Below, one piece after another: positions 18,976 to 28,065 of a stretch of 64,000 nt of DNA. The first letter of the stretch is position 1. Each line of letters opens with the position of its first letter. The position numbers and the translations under genes are program-made. The stretch spans positions 1,472,001 to 1,536,000 of the forward strand of contig OZ251997.1 in NCBI GenBank assembly GCA_965247095.1. The letters run 5' to 3'. This DNA comes from Candidatus Multivorans sp. (GTDB lineage Bacteria > Acidobacteriota > Thermoanaerobaculia > Multivoradales > Multivoraceae). The notes beneath the pieces were generated by a model. That model searched no databases and had not been told where the DNA came from. It saw only the letters and a list, made by a program, of their open reading frames with translations.

Positions 18976-20925
18976 ATGCTCGCTACAGCGCTCTCAAGCC
19001 CGCCCTTGACGGGCCAGACGGGCGCCTCCGGCGACTGGCCGGCCTTCGGCGGCGATCCCGGCAACAGCAAGTACTCGACGCTCGACCAGATCGACCGCGA
19101 CAACTTCCGGGACGTCGAGGTCGTCTGGCGCTGGCGGTCGGTCGCCGCCGACACGGAGGTCCCGAGCACCGTACGGCGGAGCCAGTTCAAGGCGATCCCG
19201 CTCGAGATCGGAGGCCGGATCTTCGTCTCCACTTCTCTCAGCCAGGTCGCCGCCATCGACGCCGAAAGCGGCGAAACGATCTGGACCTACGACCCGGAGA
19301 GCTGGCGTGCCGGCCGTCCCGCGAACCTCGGCTTCCAGCACCGCGGGGTCGCCTACTGGACCGATGGCGAGCGCGAGCGGGTGCTGATTCCCACCCACGA
19401 CCGCCGGCTCGTGTCGCTCGACGCCGCCACCGGCAAGCCCGATCCTGACTTCGGCGACGGCGGCGCGGTCGAGATGACGCCCCATCTCGGGCGCGAGGTG
19501 ATGGAGAGCCGGACCACCCATAGCTCACCGCCCGCGATCTGCGGCAACACGGTGATCGTCGGCTCGATCGTCGCCGATTTCGCAACCCACAAGGAGGCCC
19601 CGCCCGGCTTCGTCCGCGCCTACGACATCCCGACCGGCGAACTCGCCTGGGTGTTCCACACAATTCCCCAGGACGATGAGCTCGGCGTCGAGACCTGGGA
19701 GGAAGAGTCCTGGCGCTACAGCGGCAACACGAACGTCTGGTCGATGATCGCGGTCGACGAGGAAGCGCGAACAGCCTTCCTGCCCATCGGCACGCCGACG
19801 AACGATCTCTACGGCGGCCACCGGCTCGGCGACAATCTGTACGCCGAGAGCATCGTCGCGGTCGACTGCGAGACCGGGGAGCGCCGCTGGCACTACCAGT
19901 TCGTCCACCACGGCCTCTGGGACTACGACCCGCCGACCGCCCCCAACCTGTTCGAGGCGACGGTGGACGGCGAGCGGGTGCGCGGCGTGGTCCAGGTCAC
20001 CAAGCAGGCCTTCGCCTTCGTCTTCGACCGCACGAACGGCAAACCGGTGTGGGAGATCGAGGAACGCGAGGCGCCGCCCAGCGACGTACCGGGCGAGCGC
20101 GCGGCGCCGACCCAGCCGTTCCCTACCAAGCCGGCCGCCTTCGACCGCCAGGGCATCACCGCGGACGACCTGATCGACTGGACTCCGGAACTCCGCGCCG
20201 AGGCGCTCGAGATCGTCGCGGAGTACGACCTGGTGCCGCTCTACACCCCGCCTCGCTACGAGGAAACCGGCAAACCCACGATCCAGTTGCCGTCCGACGG
20301 CGGCGGCGCGAACTGGACCGGGGCCGCCGTCGATCCCGAGACCGGGATCCTCTACGTGGTGTCGCACACCCGTCCCGCCAGCGTCTCCCTGACCAAGCCC
20401 GACCCGAACCGCTCGGACCTGAACTTCGTGCCCGACCGCTGGTACTCGACGGTCCAAGGACCCCGGGGCCTGCCGCTGGTGAAGCCGCCGTACGGGCGGA
20501 TCACGGCGATCGACCTGAACACCGGCGAGCATCTGTGGGTGGTTCCCCACGGCGTCGGCCCGGTGAACCACCCGGCCATCGCCGATCTCGAACTCGGCCG
20601 CCTCGGCAACATCAACCACACGGCGGCGCCCCTGGTGACGCCCACGCTGCTCTTCGTCACCGCGACGAGAGAGCACTCCCGCGATCCCGAAGCGGACGGA
20701 CCCGACATACCGCCCGAGATCAGCGTCTACGACAAGGCGACGGGCGAGTACCTGGGCGGCATCGAGTTGCCGGAGACACCGCACTCGAACGTGATCAGCT
20801 ACGAACACGGCGGCCGGCAGTATCTCGCCGTCGCCACCGGCGGCGGCCGCTTCGCCATCGGCGGCGGCGGTACGCCTCCCGAGCTAGTGACCCTCGCGCT
20901 GCACGTAGGAGATTCCGCGCCATGA
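18976..20925 (+). CDS. PQQ-dependent dehydrogenase, glucose/quinate/shikimate-type, without membrane domain
   Basis: HRGVAYW, PPGFVRAYD, NVWSM, HHGLWDYD, SPTQPFP-like APTQPFP, KPPYG; start uncertain. Confidence 0.88.
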   Translation: MLATALSSPPLTGQTGASGDWPAFGGDPGNSKYSTLDQIDRDNFRDVEVVWRWRSVAADTEVPSTVRRSQFKAIPLEIGGRIFVSTSLSQVAAIDAESGETIWTYDPESWRAGRPANLGFQHRGVAYWTDGERERVLIPTHDRRLVSLDAATGKPDPDFGDGGAVEMTPHLGREVMESRTTHSSPPAICGNTVIVGSIVADFATHKEAPPGFVRAYDIPTGELAWVFHTIPQDDELGVETWEEESWRYSGNTNVWSMIAVDEEARTAFLPIGTPTNDLYGGHRLGDNLYAESIVAVDCETGERRWHYQFVHHGLWDYDPPTAPNLFEATVDGERVRGVVQVTKQAFAFVFDRTNGKPVWEIEEREAPPSDVPGERAAPTQPFPTKPAAFDRQGITADDLIDWTPELRAEALEIVAEYDLVPLYTPPRYEETGKPTIQLPSDGGGANWTGAAVDPETGILYVVSHTRPASVSLTKPDPNRSDLNFVPDRWYSTVQGPRGLPLVKPPYGRITAIDLNTGEHLWVVPHGVGPVNHPAIADLELGRLGNINHTAAPLVTPTLLFVTATREHSRDPEADGPDIPPEISVYDKATGEYLGGIELPETPHSNVISYEHGGRQYLAVATGGGRFAIGGGGTPPELVTLALHVGDSAP

Positions 20926-23096
20926 GGCCTCTACCCATGCCTATCGTCCCAACCCTCGCCGCCGCGACCGCGGCGTTCCTTCTCGCCGGCGCCGCCGTCT
21001 CTCAGTCGCCGCGCCGCGCGGAGGCCGCCTACGCGGTCGACGACGCGGCCCTGGTCGGCGCCGCCGGCCGCACCAGCGACTGGTTGACCTACGGCGGCAC
21101 CTACAAGGAGCAACGCTACAGCCCGCTCGATCAGATCAACAACGGCAACATAGGCGAGCTCGGCATCTCCTGGGTCATGGAGACGAACACGAAGCGCGGC
21201 CTCGAGGGCACGCCCCTGATCGTCGACGGCGTGATGTACGCAACCGGCGCCTGGAACGTGATCTACGCGCTGGACGCGGTGACCGGCGAACCGCTGTGGA
21301 CCTACGACCCGGAGGTGCCTCGTTCCGTTTCGATGAAGGCCTGCTGCGACGCCGTCGACCGCGGCGCCGCCCTCTACCGGGGCAAGGTGATCTCGGCCAC
21401 GCTCGACGGGCGGCTGATCGCGGTCGACGCCGAGACGGGGGAGCTCGCCTGGTCGGCGATGACCGTGCCCGAGGACTCGATGTACACGATCACCGGCGCG
21501 CCCCGGATCGCCAGGGGCAAGGTGATCATCGGCAACAGCGGCGCCGAGTACGGCGTGCGCGGCTACGTCGACGCCTACGACGCCGAGACCGGCGACCTGG
21601 CCTGGCGCTTCTACACCGTGCCCGGCAACCCGGCCGACGGCTTCGAGAACGACGCGATGCGCATGGCTGCCGAGACCTGGACCGGCGAGTGGTGGACCGG
21701 CGGCGGCGGCGGCACCGTGTGGGACTCGATCGTCTACGACCCAGAACTCGACCTGCTCTACATCGGCGTCGGCAACGGCGCGCCGTGGGACCGGAACCTC
21801 CGCAGTCCAGACGGCGGCGACAACCTGTTCCTGTCGTCGATCGTGGCGCTTCGCCCCGACACCGGCGAGTACGTCTGGCACTACCAGACGACCCCGGGAG
21901 ACTCCTGGGACTACACGGCGACGCAGCCGATCGTGCTCGCCGAACTGCCCATCGGCGGCCGCGTGCGCCAGGTGCTTATGCAGGCGCCGAAGAACGGCTT
22001 CTTCTACGTCCTCGACCGCCGCACCGGCGAGCTGATCTCGGCCGAAGAGTTCGTCACCGTAACCTGGGCCAGCCACGTCGACCTCGCGACCGGACGTCCG
22101 GTCGAGCTCGCCGGCGCCCGCTACACCGACCAGGCCGTCGCCGTCTCGCCCGGACCACTCGGCGGGCACAACTGGCACCCGATGGCGTTCAGCCCGGACA
22201 CTGGACTCGTGTACATCCCGGCGATGGAGATGTCGAACTTCTACGTCCCCGACCCGAACTTCAAGTACACCCCGGGCCAGTGGAACCTGGGCGTGCGGGC
22301 GGCGGCGCCCGAGGACATCCCCCAGGCGGTGATCGACGCCACCGGCCTCTCCGGTCAGATGCTGGCCGAGGACGCGCCGCCGGCCCTGCTCTCCGGACAT
22401 CTCCTGGCCTGGGACCCGGTCGCCCAGCGCGAGGCCTGGCGCGTGCAGTACACGATGCCGTGGTCCGGCGGCACGCTCGCCACCGGCGGCAACCTGGTCT
22501 TCCAGGGCACGCCCTTCGGTCTTCTCACCGCCTACCGCGCCGACGACGGCGAGAAGCTCTGGGAGAGCTACACCGGCAGCGGCGTGATCGCCCCGCCGAT
22601 CACCTTCGAGAGCGGCGGCACCCAGTACATCGCGGTGATGTCCGGCTGGGGCGGCGCCTTCGGCATCGTCGGCAGCCGCTCGGCCCGGCAGGCGGTCGAG
22701 AGCGAGGGCCGCATCGTAGTCTACGCCCTCGGCGCCACCGGCCGACCGATCGAGCGGCAGGAGCGCCGCGAGGTGCGCGTCACCCGCGTCGATCACGGAG
22801 CGTCGACCGGGGACATCGACGCCGGACGGCGGCTGTTCAACCAGTACTGCCTGGTCTGCCACGGCTACGGCGCGGTCTCCGGCGGCGTCACCCCGGATCT
22901 CCGCCAATCGTCGCAGCGCGTCTTCGACTCCTACGAGGCGGCCCTTCTCGAAGGCGCCCTCGTCGACCTCGGCATGCCCGACTTCTCGCCCGTCCTCGAC
23001 CGCGACGACGTTGCGTTGATCAAGGCCTACGTGTTGCACCGCCGCAACATGCTCGCGGACGAGCAGGCCGCCGCGGCGGCTGGCGAGGCGCCCTGA
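20922..23096 (+). CDS. Quinohemoprotein alcohol dehydrogenase (type II)
   Basis: ACCDAVDRG, GAEYGVRG, WDYTATQ, QAPKNGFFY, GGHNWHPM, C-terminal CLVCH. Confidence 0.93.
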   Translation: MRPLPMPIVPTLAAATAAFLLAGAAVSQSPRRAEAAYAVDDAALVGAAGRTSDWLTYGGTYKEQRYSPLDQINNGNIGELGISWVMETNTKRGLEGTPLIVDGVMYATGAWNVIYALDAVTGEPLWTYDPEVPRSVSMKACCDAVDRGAALYRGKVISATLDGRLIAVDAETGELAWSAMTVPEDSMYTITGAPRIARGKVIIGNSGAEYGVRGYVDAYDAETGDLAWRFYTVPGNPADGFENDAMRMAAETWTGEWWTGGGGGTVWDSIVYDPELDLLYIGVGNGAPWDRNLRSPDGGDNLFLSSIVALRPDTGEYVWHYQTTPGDSWDYTATQPIVLAELPIGGRVRQVLMQAPKNGFFYVLDRRTGELISAEEFVTVTWASHVDLATGRPVELAGARYTDQAVAVSPGPLGGHNWHPMAFSPDTGLVYIPAMEMSNFYVPDPNFKYTPGQWNLGVRAAAPEDIPQAVIDATGLSGQMLAEDAPPALLSGHLLAWDPVAQREAWRVQYTMPWSGGTLATGGNLVFQGTPFGLLTAYRADDGEKLWESYTGSGVIAPPITFESGGTQYIAVMSGWGGAFGIVGSRSARQAVESEGRIVVYALGATGRPIERQERREVRVTRVDHGASTGDIDAGRRLFNQYCLVCHGYGAVSGGVTPDLRQSSQRVFDSYEAALLEGALVDLGMPDFSPVLDRDDVALIKAYVLHRRNMLADEQAAAAAGEAP

Positions 23097-23380
23097 TCCG
23101 GAGCCGTGAGCACGCACCCGCCTGCGGCGGGGCCATAGGGGGAGGGGCCCCAGCGGTCCTTCGCGCTCGGAGGAGGATGGAAGGGGGTGCGCTCACTTCA
23201 CTCCGCTTGTATTTTGGACTTCCAGTCCGGGGAGGGTGAGATCAGGTTCTTCAAGCAGTCCGCAGCCGCCGGGCCTGTGGAGAACGCGTTGTTTTGCGGA
23301 TTTCGCTTGCATGCGTCGCAGCGAGGGTACGTCGGGCGCCGCAGCGAGTTCAGATTTTCCCCGCCGCTCGCGGGGGATGG

Positions 23381-23545
23381 CCGCCTCGGGGCCTGGCCAG
23401 GCCCCGAGGCGGGCGGCGGGTCGGACCGTTTTCACTCCGTGGGCTTCAGGCCCGGGAGCGAGCTTGGTCGGCCCGTCGCGACCCATCCTGCGCGTCCTGA
23501 ACGGATGCATGGGCTCGAGGCCCGCATAACCAACAAGCGAAGGAG
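23381..23545 (+). ncRNA. Bridge RNA (5' hairpin, target-binding loop, donor-binding loop); 5' end uncertain
   Basis: LTG ttcactccg 23431-23439, RTG ggagcgagc 23455-23463, LDG acggatgc 23501-23508, RDG acaagc 23533-23538; each pair flanks a GGGC/GCCC inner hairpin inside an outer stem. Confidence 0.85.
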
Positions 23546-23554
23546 ACCCAGGAC

Positions 23555-24523
23555 ATGGCCAACCAGAGACTACACGCGGTTGCCGGCATCGATGTAGGCA
23601 AGCACTGGCTCGACGCCCACATCGACCCGCTTGACGTAGCGCGGCGCTTCGAGAACACGCTGCCCGGCCGCCGCGCCCTGCGCAACTGGCTGCGCAGAGA
23701 GGGCGTCCGCCGCGCGGTCTTCGAACCGACCGGCCGCTACCACCGCCGGCTGCACCAGTGTCTGGCCGCGGACGGCTGTGAGACCGTCCTGGTGCAACCG
23801 GCCCGCGCCCGGCGCTTCGCCCAGGCCTTCGGCAAGCTCGCCAAGACGGATCGCGTCGATGCCGCGATGTTGGCCCGGTTCGGGCGCCTGGAAGGCCTGG
23901 AGGCCACGCCGCCAAAAACGGCTAATCTGCGCCAACTCAAGGATCTCGTGCTGATCCGGCGGCGCTTCGTCGACGAGCGCGCCGACCTGGGAAAGCTGGC
24001 GTCGGAGCTCGAATCGAAGGCCGGCCTGCGGCAGGTACGTCTGCAACTGCGCTCGCTCGACACGCGCGTCGAGGCCCTCGATGGGGCCATTCTCGCCGCG
24101 ATCGATGCCGATGAAGAGCTGAAACGCCGCGCCGAAGTGCTGCAGTCGATCCCCGGCATCGGCCCGGCCACGGCAGCCAGCCTGGTCGCCGACATGCCGG
24201 AACTGGGGAGCCTCGACCGGCGTGCCGCCGGTGCCCTGCTCGGAGTAGCCCCCTGGGCCTGCGACAGCGGCCAGCGCCAGGGCCGCCGCCACGTGCGAGG
24301 CGGCCGCGCTGCGCCGAGGCGCGCCATGTTCATAGCCGCCCTGGCGGCGATCCGCTTCAATCCCCCTCTCCGCGACTTCTACCGCAGACTCCGCGAACGC
24401 GGCAAGGAGCACAAGGTCGCCCTCGTCGCCGTCATGAGAAAGCTCGTCGTGCTCGCCAATGTCCTGCTGCAGCAAGACCGCCTCTGGTTGCCCGAACCGC
24501 CCGCGGCGACGACGCCAGCATGA
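23555..24523 (+). CDS. IS110 transposase / bridge recombinase (DEDD RuvC + Tnp20)
   Basis: GIDVGK, FEPTG, KTDRVDA, SIPGIG, catalytic-Ser motif DSG, KVALVAVMRKL. Confidence 0.96.
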   Translation: MANQRLHAVAGIDVGKHWLDAHIDPLDVARRFENTLPGRRALRNWLRREGVRRAVFEPTGRYHRRLHQCLAADGCETVLVQPARARRFAQAFGKLAKTDRVDAAMLARFGRLEGLEATPPKTANLRQLKDLVLIRRRFVDERADLGKLASELESKAGLRQVRLQLRSLDTRVEALDGAILAAIDADEELKRRAEVLQSIPGIGPATAASLVADMPELGSLDRRAAGALLGVAPWACDSGQRQGRRHVRGGRAAPRRAMFIAALAAIRFNPPLRDFYRRLRERGKEHKVALVAVMRKLVVLANVLLQQDRLWLPEPPAATTPA

Positions 24524-24549
24524 ACCCCCGAATTCACCGGCCACTAACC

Positions 24550-24555
24550 TTGACT
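24550..24555 (+). promoter_or_regulatory. -35 box in the IS110 right end (circle-junction promoter half)
   Basis: TTGACT lies 17 bp from TATTTT (23210-23215) once the ends are joined. Confidence 0.65.
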
Positions 24556-24677
24556 CCCAACACGGATGCTCGCTCCGACTTGGTGTCGGTTTGTGTGAGC
24601 ACGCGGGGCGTCGCTCGCTTCGAGCCCGCTGGGCCCCCTTCGCAGGCTGGACGTTGTCGGGCGGCCGGGTCTTCCCA

Positions 24678-24887
24678 ATGGCTGAGCGCGGCTTCGTCGG
24701 CACGTACCACCGGATGTCGCCCAAGCACTTGCACCGCTACGTCGCGGAGTTCGTGGGACGCCAGAACCAGCGCGAGGAAGACACACTCGACCAGATGCTC
24801 GACATGGTTCGCGGCATGATCGGACGACGGCTGATGTACAGCAGCCTCATTGAACCGAACGGCCTACCGTCAGGAGCGCGCCAGTGA
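24678..24887 (+). pseudogene. IS1595-family transposase C-terminal remnant
   Basis: RGFVGTYHRMSPKHLHRYVAEFVGRQN...GRRLMYSSLI. Confidence 0.88.
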
Positions 24888-25799
24888 GTCGGGAAGTTGT
24901 CCTGCCGCCCGTCAACGACATCACCCCCGAAGAACTCGCCCGGAGACTCGTTACGCCCATGCCCAAGCCGCCCTACAAGGTCATCGCTCACCGAGCCGAT
25001 CACCCGCTCAAGATCGGCGACATCGAGATCTCGTGCTTCGTCTTGGAGGACGAAACGCGGGTGCTGAGCCGGAGAGGAACCGCGGCGGGCATCGGAGTTC
25101 AGATCGGCGGAAGTGGTGATGGTGGCGAAATGCCCGTTTTCATGCATCAGAAGTGCTCTCGCCCTTTGTTGATGCGGGTTTGGTGATGGTGGCGAAATCG
25201 CCCATCCCGTTCACCGCGCCGAGCAGCGGCAAGGTGGTTCACGGCTACCCGGCAACGATGCTTTCGGACCTGTGCTTGGCGATCGTGGAGGCTCACCGGC
25301 ACGGCGCCACCACGTCCAGGCAGCAGGTCATCGTGGATCGCGCCTACGCTCTCAACCGAGGGTTTGCAGCGGTCGGCATCGTCGCCCTCGTCGATGAAGC
25401 GACGGGCTACCAGCGCATCCGCGAGGAACGCGCGCTTGCGGCGATCCTGGAGCGCTACCTGAGCGAGGAACTACAGCCTTGGGTGCGGACATTCCCGTTC
25501 GAGTTCTACGAGTTGATGTTCAAGTTGCGTGGGCACCGAATGCCGCCGCCGAACGGCAAGATGCCGGCGTGGGTCGCTTCACCATCGAACTCGTCTATGC
25601 GCGGTTTGCCCCCGGAGTGCTCCGGGACGTGATGGACCGAACCCCGCGTCTGCCGAGCGGTGAACTCAAGTACCGCCTTCAGCGTTGGAGCGGCTTCATG
25701 CAGCGGTTCAACGTCGCGTCGCCGCAGTTTCGCGAAGACACAAACCAGCTTCAACTCGACCTGGAGCAGAAGACCCGGCAGCGGAAGATGGACCTCTGA
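24884..25799 (+). pseudogene. P63C domain protein, two frameshifts
   Basis: LKIGDIEISCFVLEDETRVLS in frame A; HGYPA...VGIVALVDEATGYQ...WVRTFP in frame B; VGRFTIELVYARFAPGVL in frame C. Confidence 0.82.
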
Positions 25800-25880
25800 T
25801 GCCCATGCCCCGCGTGGCCGACACGCTATGCACGCCGCGCTACGATCCGTCAAACTCATCACTGAGAGAGGAGACACCGG

Positions 25881-26321
25881 ATGGGCAACGCCAAATCCCG
25901 CATCGTACTGGCACTCCTGTTCACATGTTCAGGATCACTACTAGCCCAGGCGCTGCGTGCCCAAGAAGCGAAGTGGACCTGTACCGAGACGCTGGAGTAT
26001 CTGCGCGGCAGTCGGTTCGCTCACGTCGCGTTGACCCAACCTGCCGACATGCCCGGCGTCGGCGAGGTCTACATCACGCTGGCGAATGTTCGGCGCTTCG
26101 CCGTAGTCCGCAGCCAGGGATTGGAGATCCGGTGGGACTGGAACGACCCTGACAGCGACAACGATGCCGGCTACCGCTATTCGTTCATCATCGAACCGAG
26201 TGGCGAAGGAAGGTACCTCGACTTCGACTTTGGAGAGGAAGATGACGCTGGCGGGGTCTCGGCAAAAGCCCGCCAGCGTTATACCTGCCGCCGGACGCAA
26301 ACGCCGGCGGAGGCGCAATGA
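25881..26321 (+). CDS. Secreted hypothetical protein (IS cargo)
   Basis: RBS gaggag, signal peptide. Confidence 0.6.
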   Translation: MGNAKSRIVLALLFTCSGSLLAQALRAQEAKWTCTETLEYLRGSRFAHVALTQPADMPGVGEVYITLANVRRFAVVRSQGLEIRWDWNDPDSDNDAGYRYSFIIEPSGEGRYLDFDFGEEDDAGGVSAKARQRYTCRRTQTPAEAQ

Positions 26322-26423
26322 GTGTGCTTACTGACCAACGGCCCCTATACGCGCTGCCATAATCCCCCGGCCTCTCGGCTAGTAGTCGAGGGGCCCTGTT
26401 CCACATCCCGAAAGAGGTCCCCC

Positions 26424-26924
26424 ATGTTGACCGACGTTATGTCTGCGGCCGCCGTCGCCCTCTCCTTGGTGGCGATTCTCGTGTCGGTCGCGACCGGTCG
26501 GAACCTCCAAAAACGACAACACCGTTTCGAGCTGCTGGCAACCTGCCTAGAGGATCTATCCGAGCGGGAGAAGAAGGCCGCCCGGTTCGTTCGATGGGAA
26601 GTGCTGGGCGAGTACGACGAGGACAGCGGCTGGAGCCATTACCAGAGCGCGGTTGAGATCTACGGTTTGATGAAGCACCACCTTCTCGACATTGCGGTCC
26701 TCGAAGAGCAGATCAAACGCGTAGAGGACTTCCGATCCCGGCTACTTCGTGGCGAACGCCGCACACCCGATGGTGAGTGGCATCTTCGCGATGCGCTGCA
26801 CATGGAGACAGCTTCGTTTGTTTGGCTGCTGAAGGACGCTGTCGCTAAAGCACTGTACGGCACCGATCCACGGCCGCCGGGAGCGAAGTGGAGGAAGGCT
26901 GGCAGCGCCGCCTCAACCGTCTAG
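26424..26924 (+). CDS. Hypothetical protein with N-terminal TM helix (IS cargo)
   Basis: RBS gagg, hydrophobic N-terminus followed by a helical domain. Confidence 0.55.
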   Translation: MLTDVMSAAAVALSLVAILVSVATGRNLQKRQHRFELLATCLEDLSEREKKAARFVRWEVLGEYDEDSGWSHYQSAVEIYGLMKHHLLDIAVLEEQIKRVEDFRSRLLRGERRTPDGEWHLRDALHMETASFVWLLKDAVAKALYGTDPRPPGAKWRKAGSAASTV

Positions 26925-26953
26925 TCAAGGTTGTAATCCCCATCTGAAGCATC

Positions 26954-27427
26954 ATGATCATCGAGACTTGGCGGCGGTACCTGCTGTACATCCTGCTCTT
27001 CGGGGCGGTCGGCCTGTTGGCCGAGTTCTACCTCCTCGGCCACTATGAGGATCGGAAGCAGTGGATCCCGCTGGTGCTGCTCGGTGCCGGCACGGTAGCC
27101 GGAACTTGGCTGGCGGTGCGGCCGTCCTGGTTGGCGGCCCGCGTGTTCCGGGTGATCGTCGCCGCCTACCTGCCGGCCGGCCTGCTCGGCGTCTACTTTC
27201 ACTTCCAGTCCAACGTCGAGTTTGAGCGTGAACTGCACCCGACCTCCAATGGCCTGGAACTCGTGATTGAGAGCCTCGGCGGCGCGATGCCGACACTGGC
27301 GCCGGGAGCGATGATCCTGCTCGGCATGCTCGGTATACTGATCGCCCTCCAGCACCCGGCTGCCGGCGGCTCCGCCGGCACGTCACCGGACGGCGACACG
27401 GCGGACCCTGCCGCCCCGCACAACTAG
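26954..27427 (+). CDS. Hypothetical membrane protein
   Basis: About four TM segments, typical codon use. Confidence 0.7.
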   Translation: MIIETWRRYLLYILLFGAVGLLAEFYLLGHYEDRKQWIPLVLLGAGTVAGTWLAVRPSWLAARVFRVIVAAYLPAGLLGVYFHFQSNVEFERELHPTSNGLELVIESLGGAMPTLAPGAMILLGMLGILIALQHPAAGGSAGTSPDGDTADPAAPHN

Positions 27428-27459
27428 CCCTCCAATCCCAGATGAGGACCAATCTCCAG

Positions 27460-27912
27460 ATGAATCGCTCGGCTCTAATGTGGGCTACAACGGTTCTGTT
27501 GACCTGCGCCATCCCCGCCGCCGCACAAGTCGGCGCCAATCAGGGTCTCCTCAACCCGAACCTCGCCAGCGAGGAAGAACTCGCCGCGGTCGACGGTCTC
27601 GACGGCGACGCGGTCAAGGCACTCCTCGAAGGCCGTCCGTTCCTGCGCGCCGCGGACCTCCACGCCGTGATCTCGGCTCACGTCGGCGAGGACGCGTACG
27701 ACGGGATCTACGGGGCTCTCTGGGCGCCCATCGACCTGAACGACGCGACCTCCGAGGAAATCGAGCTCATCCCCGGCGTCGGCCGCCGCATGCGGCACGA
27801 GTTCGAGGAGTACCGCCCGTACGAGGCGATGTCCCAGTTCCGCCGCGAGATCGGCAAGTACGTCGACGACGACGAGGTGGAGCGGCTCGCGCGCTACGTC
27901 GAGATCCGGTAG
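27460..27912 (+). CDS. Exported helix-hairpin-helix (ComEA-like) protein
   Basis: IDLNDATSEEIELIPGVG, repeated HhH units, signal peptide; start 27442 or 27460. Confidence 0.78.
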   Translation: MNRSALMWATTVLLTCAIPAAAQVGANQGLLNPNLASEEELAAVDGLDGDAVKALLEGRPFLRAADLHAVISAHVGEDAYDGIYGALWAPIDLNDATSEEIELIPGVGRRMRHEFEEYRPYEAMSQFRREIGKYVDDDEVERLARYVEIR

Positions 27913-28040
27913 CTCGCCAACGTTGGTACGCCGGAATGCGCTCACACGGTGACCCGCGCACCTCTCTCCAAGCCGTTGCGGTAACCGGCCGGCCCAGGCG
28001 GGGCGTCGGGCGTAGGCCGACTCTGGATTCCATGCGTCGG

Positions 28041-28058
28041 CATAGCGGATACGCTATG
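28041..28058. promoter_or_regulatory. Palindromic operator of TA operon
   Basis: CATAGCG-gata-CGCTATG, 7 nt before the toxin start. Confidence 0.7.
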
Positions 28059-28065
28059 GGGAATC

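Larger units (their letters stand above)
23205..24570 (+). mobile_element. IS110-family insertion sequence (IS110/IS621 group), complete
   Basis: Transposase, long left non-coding end and short right end (ttgactcccaacacggatgct); GCT at both junctions; ends corroborated by four guide matches. Confidence 0.9.
24678..26940 (+). mobile_element. Left-truncated IS1595-family element with passenger genes
   Basis: Transposase tail, co-oriented cargo ORFs and an AT-richer terminus ctagtcaaggttgtaatccc resembling IS1595 right ends. Confidence 0.55.

Noticed and set aside
18976-20925. WDYD motif as lanthanide signature
   Set aside because: D-x-D is normal in glucose/quinate-type PQQ enzymes and not diagnostic there
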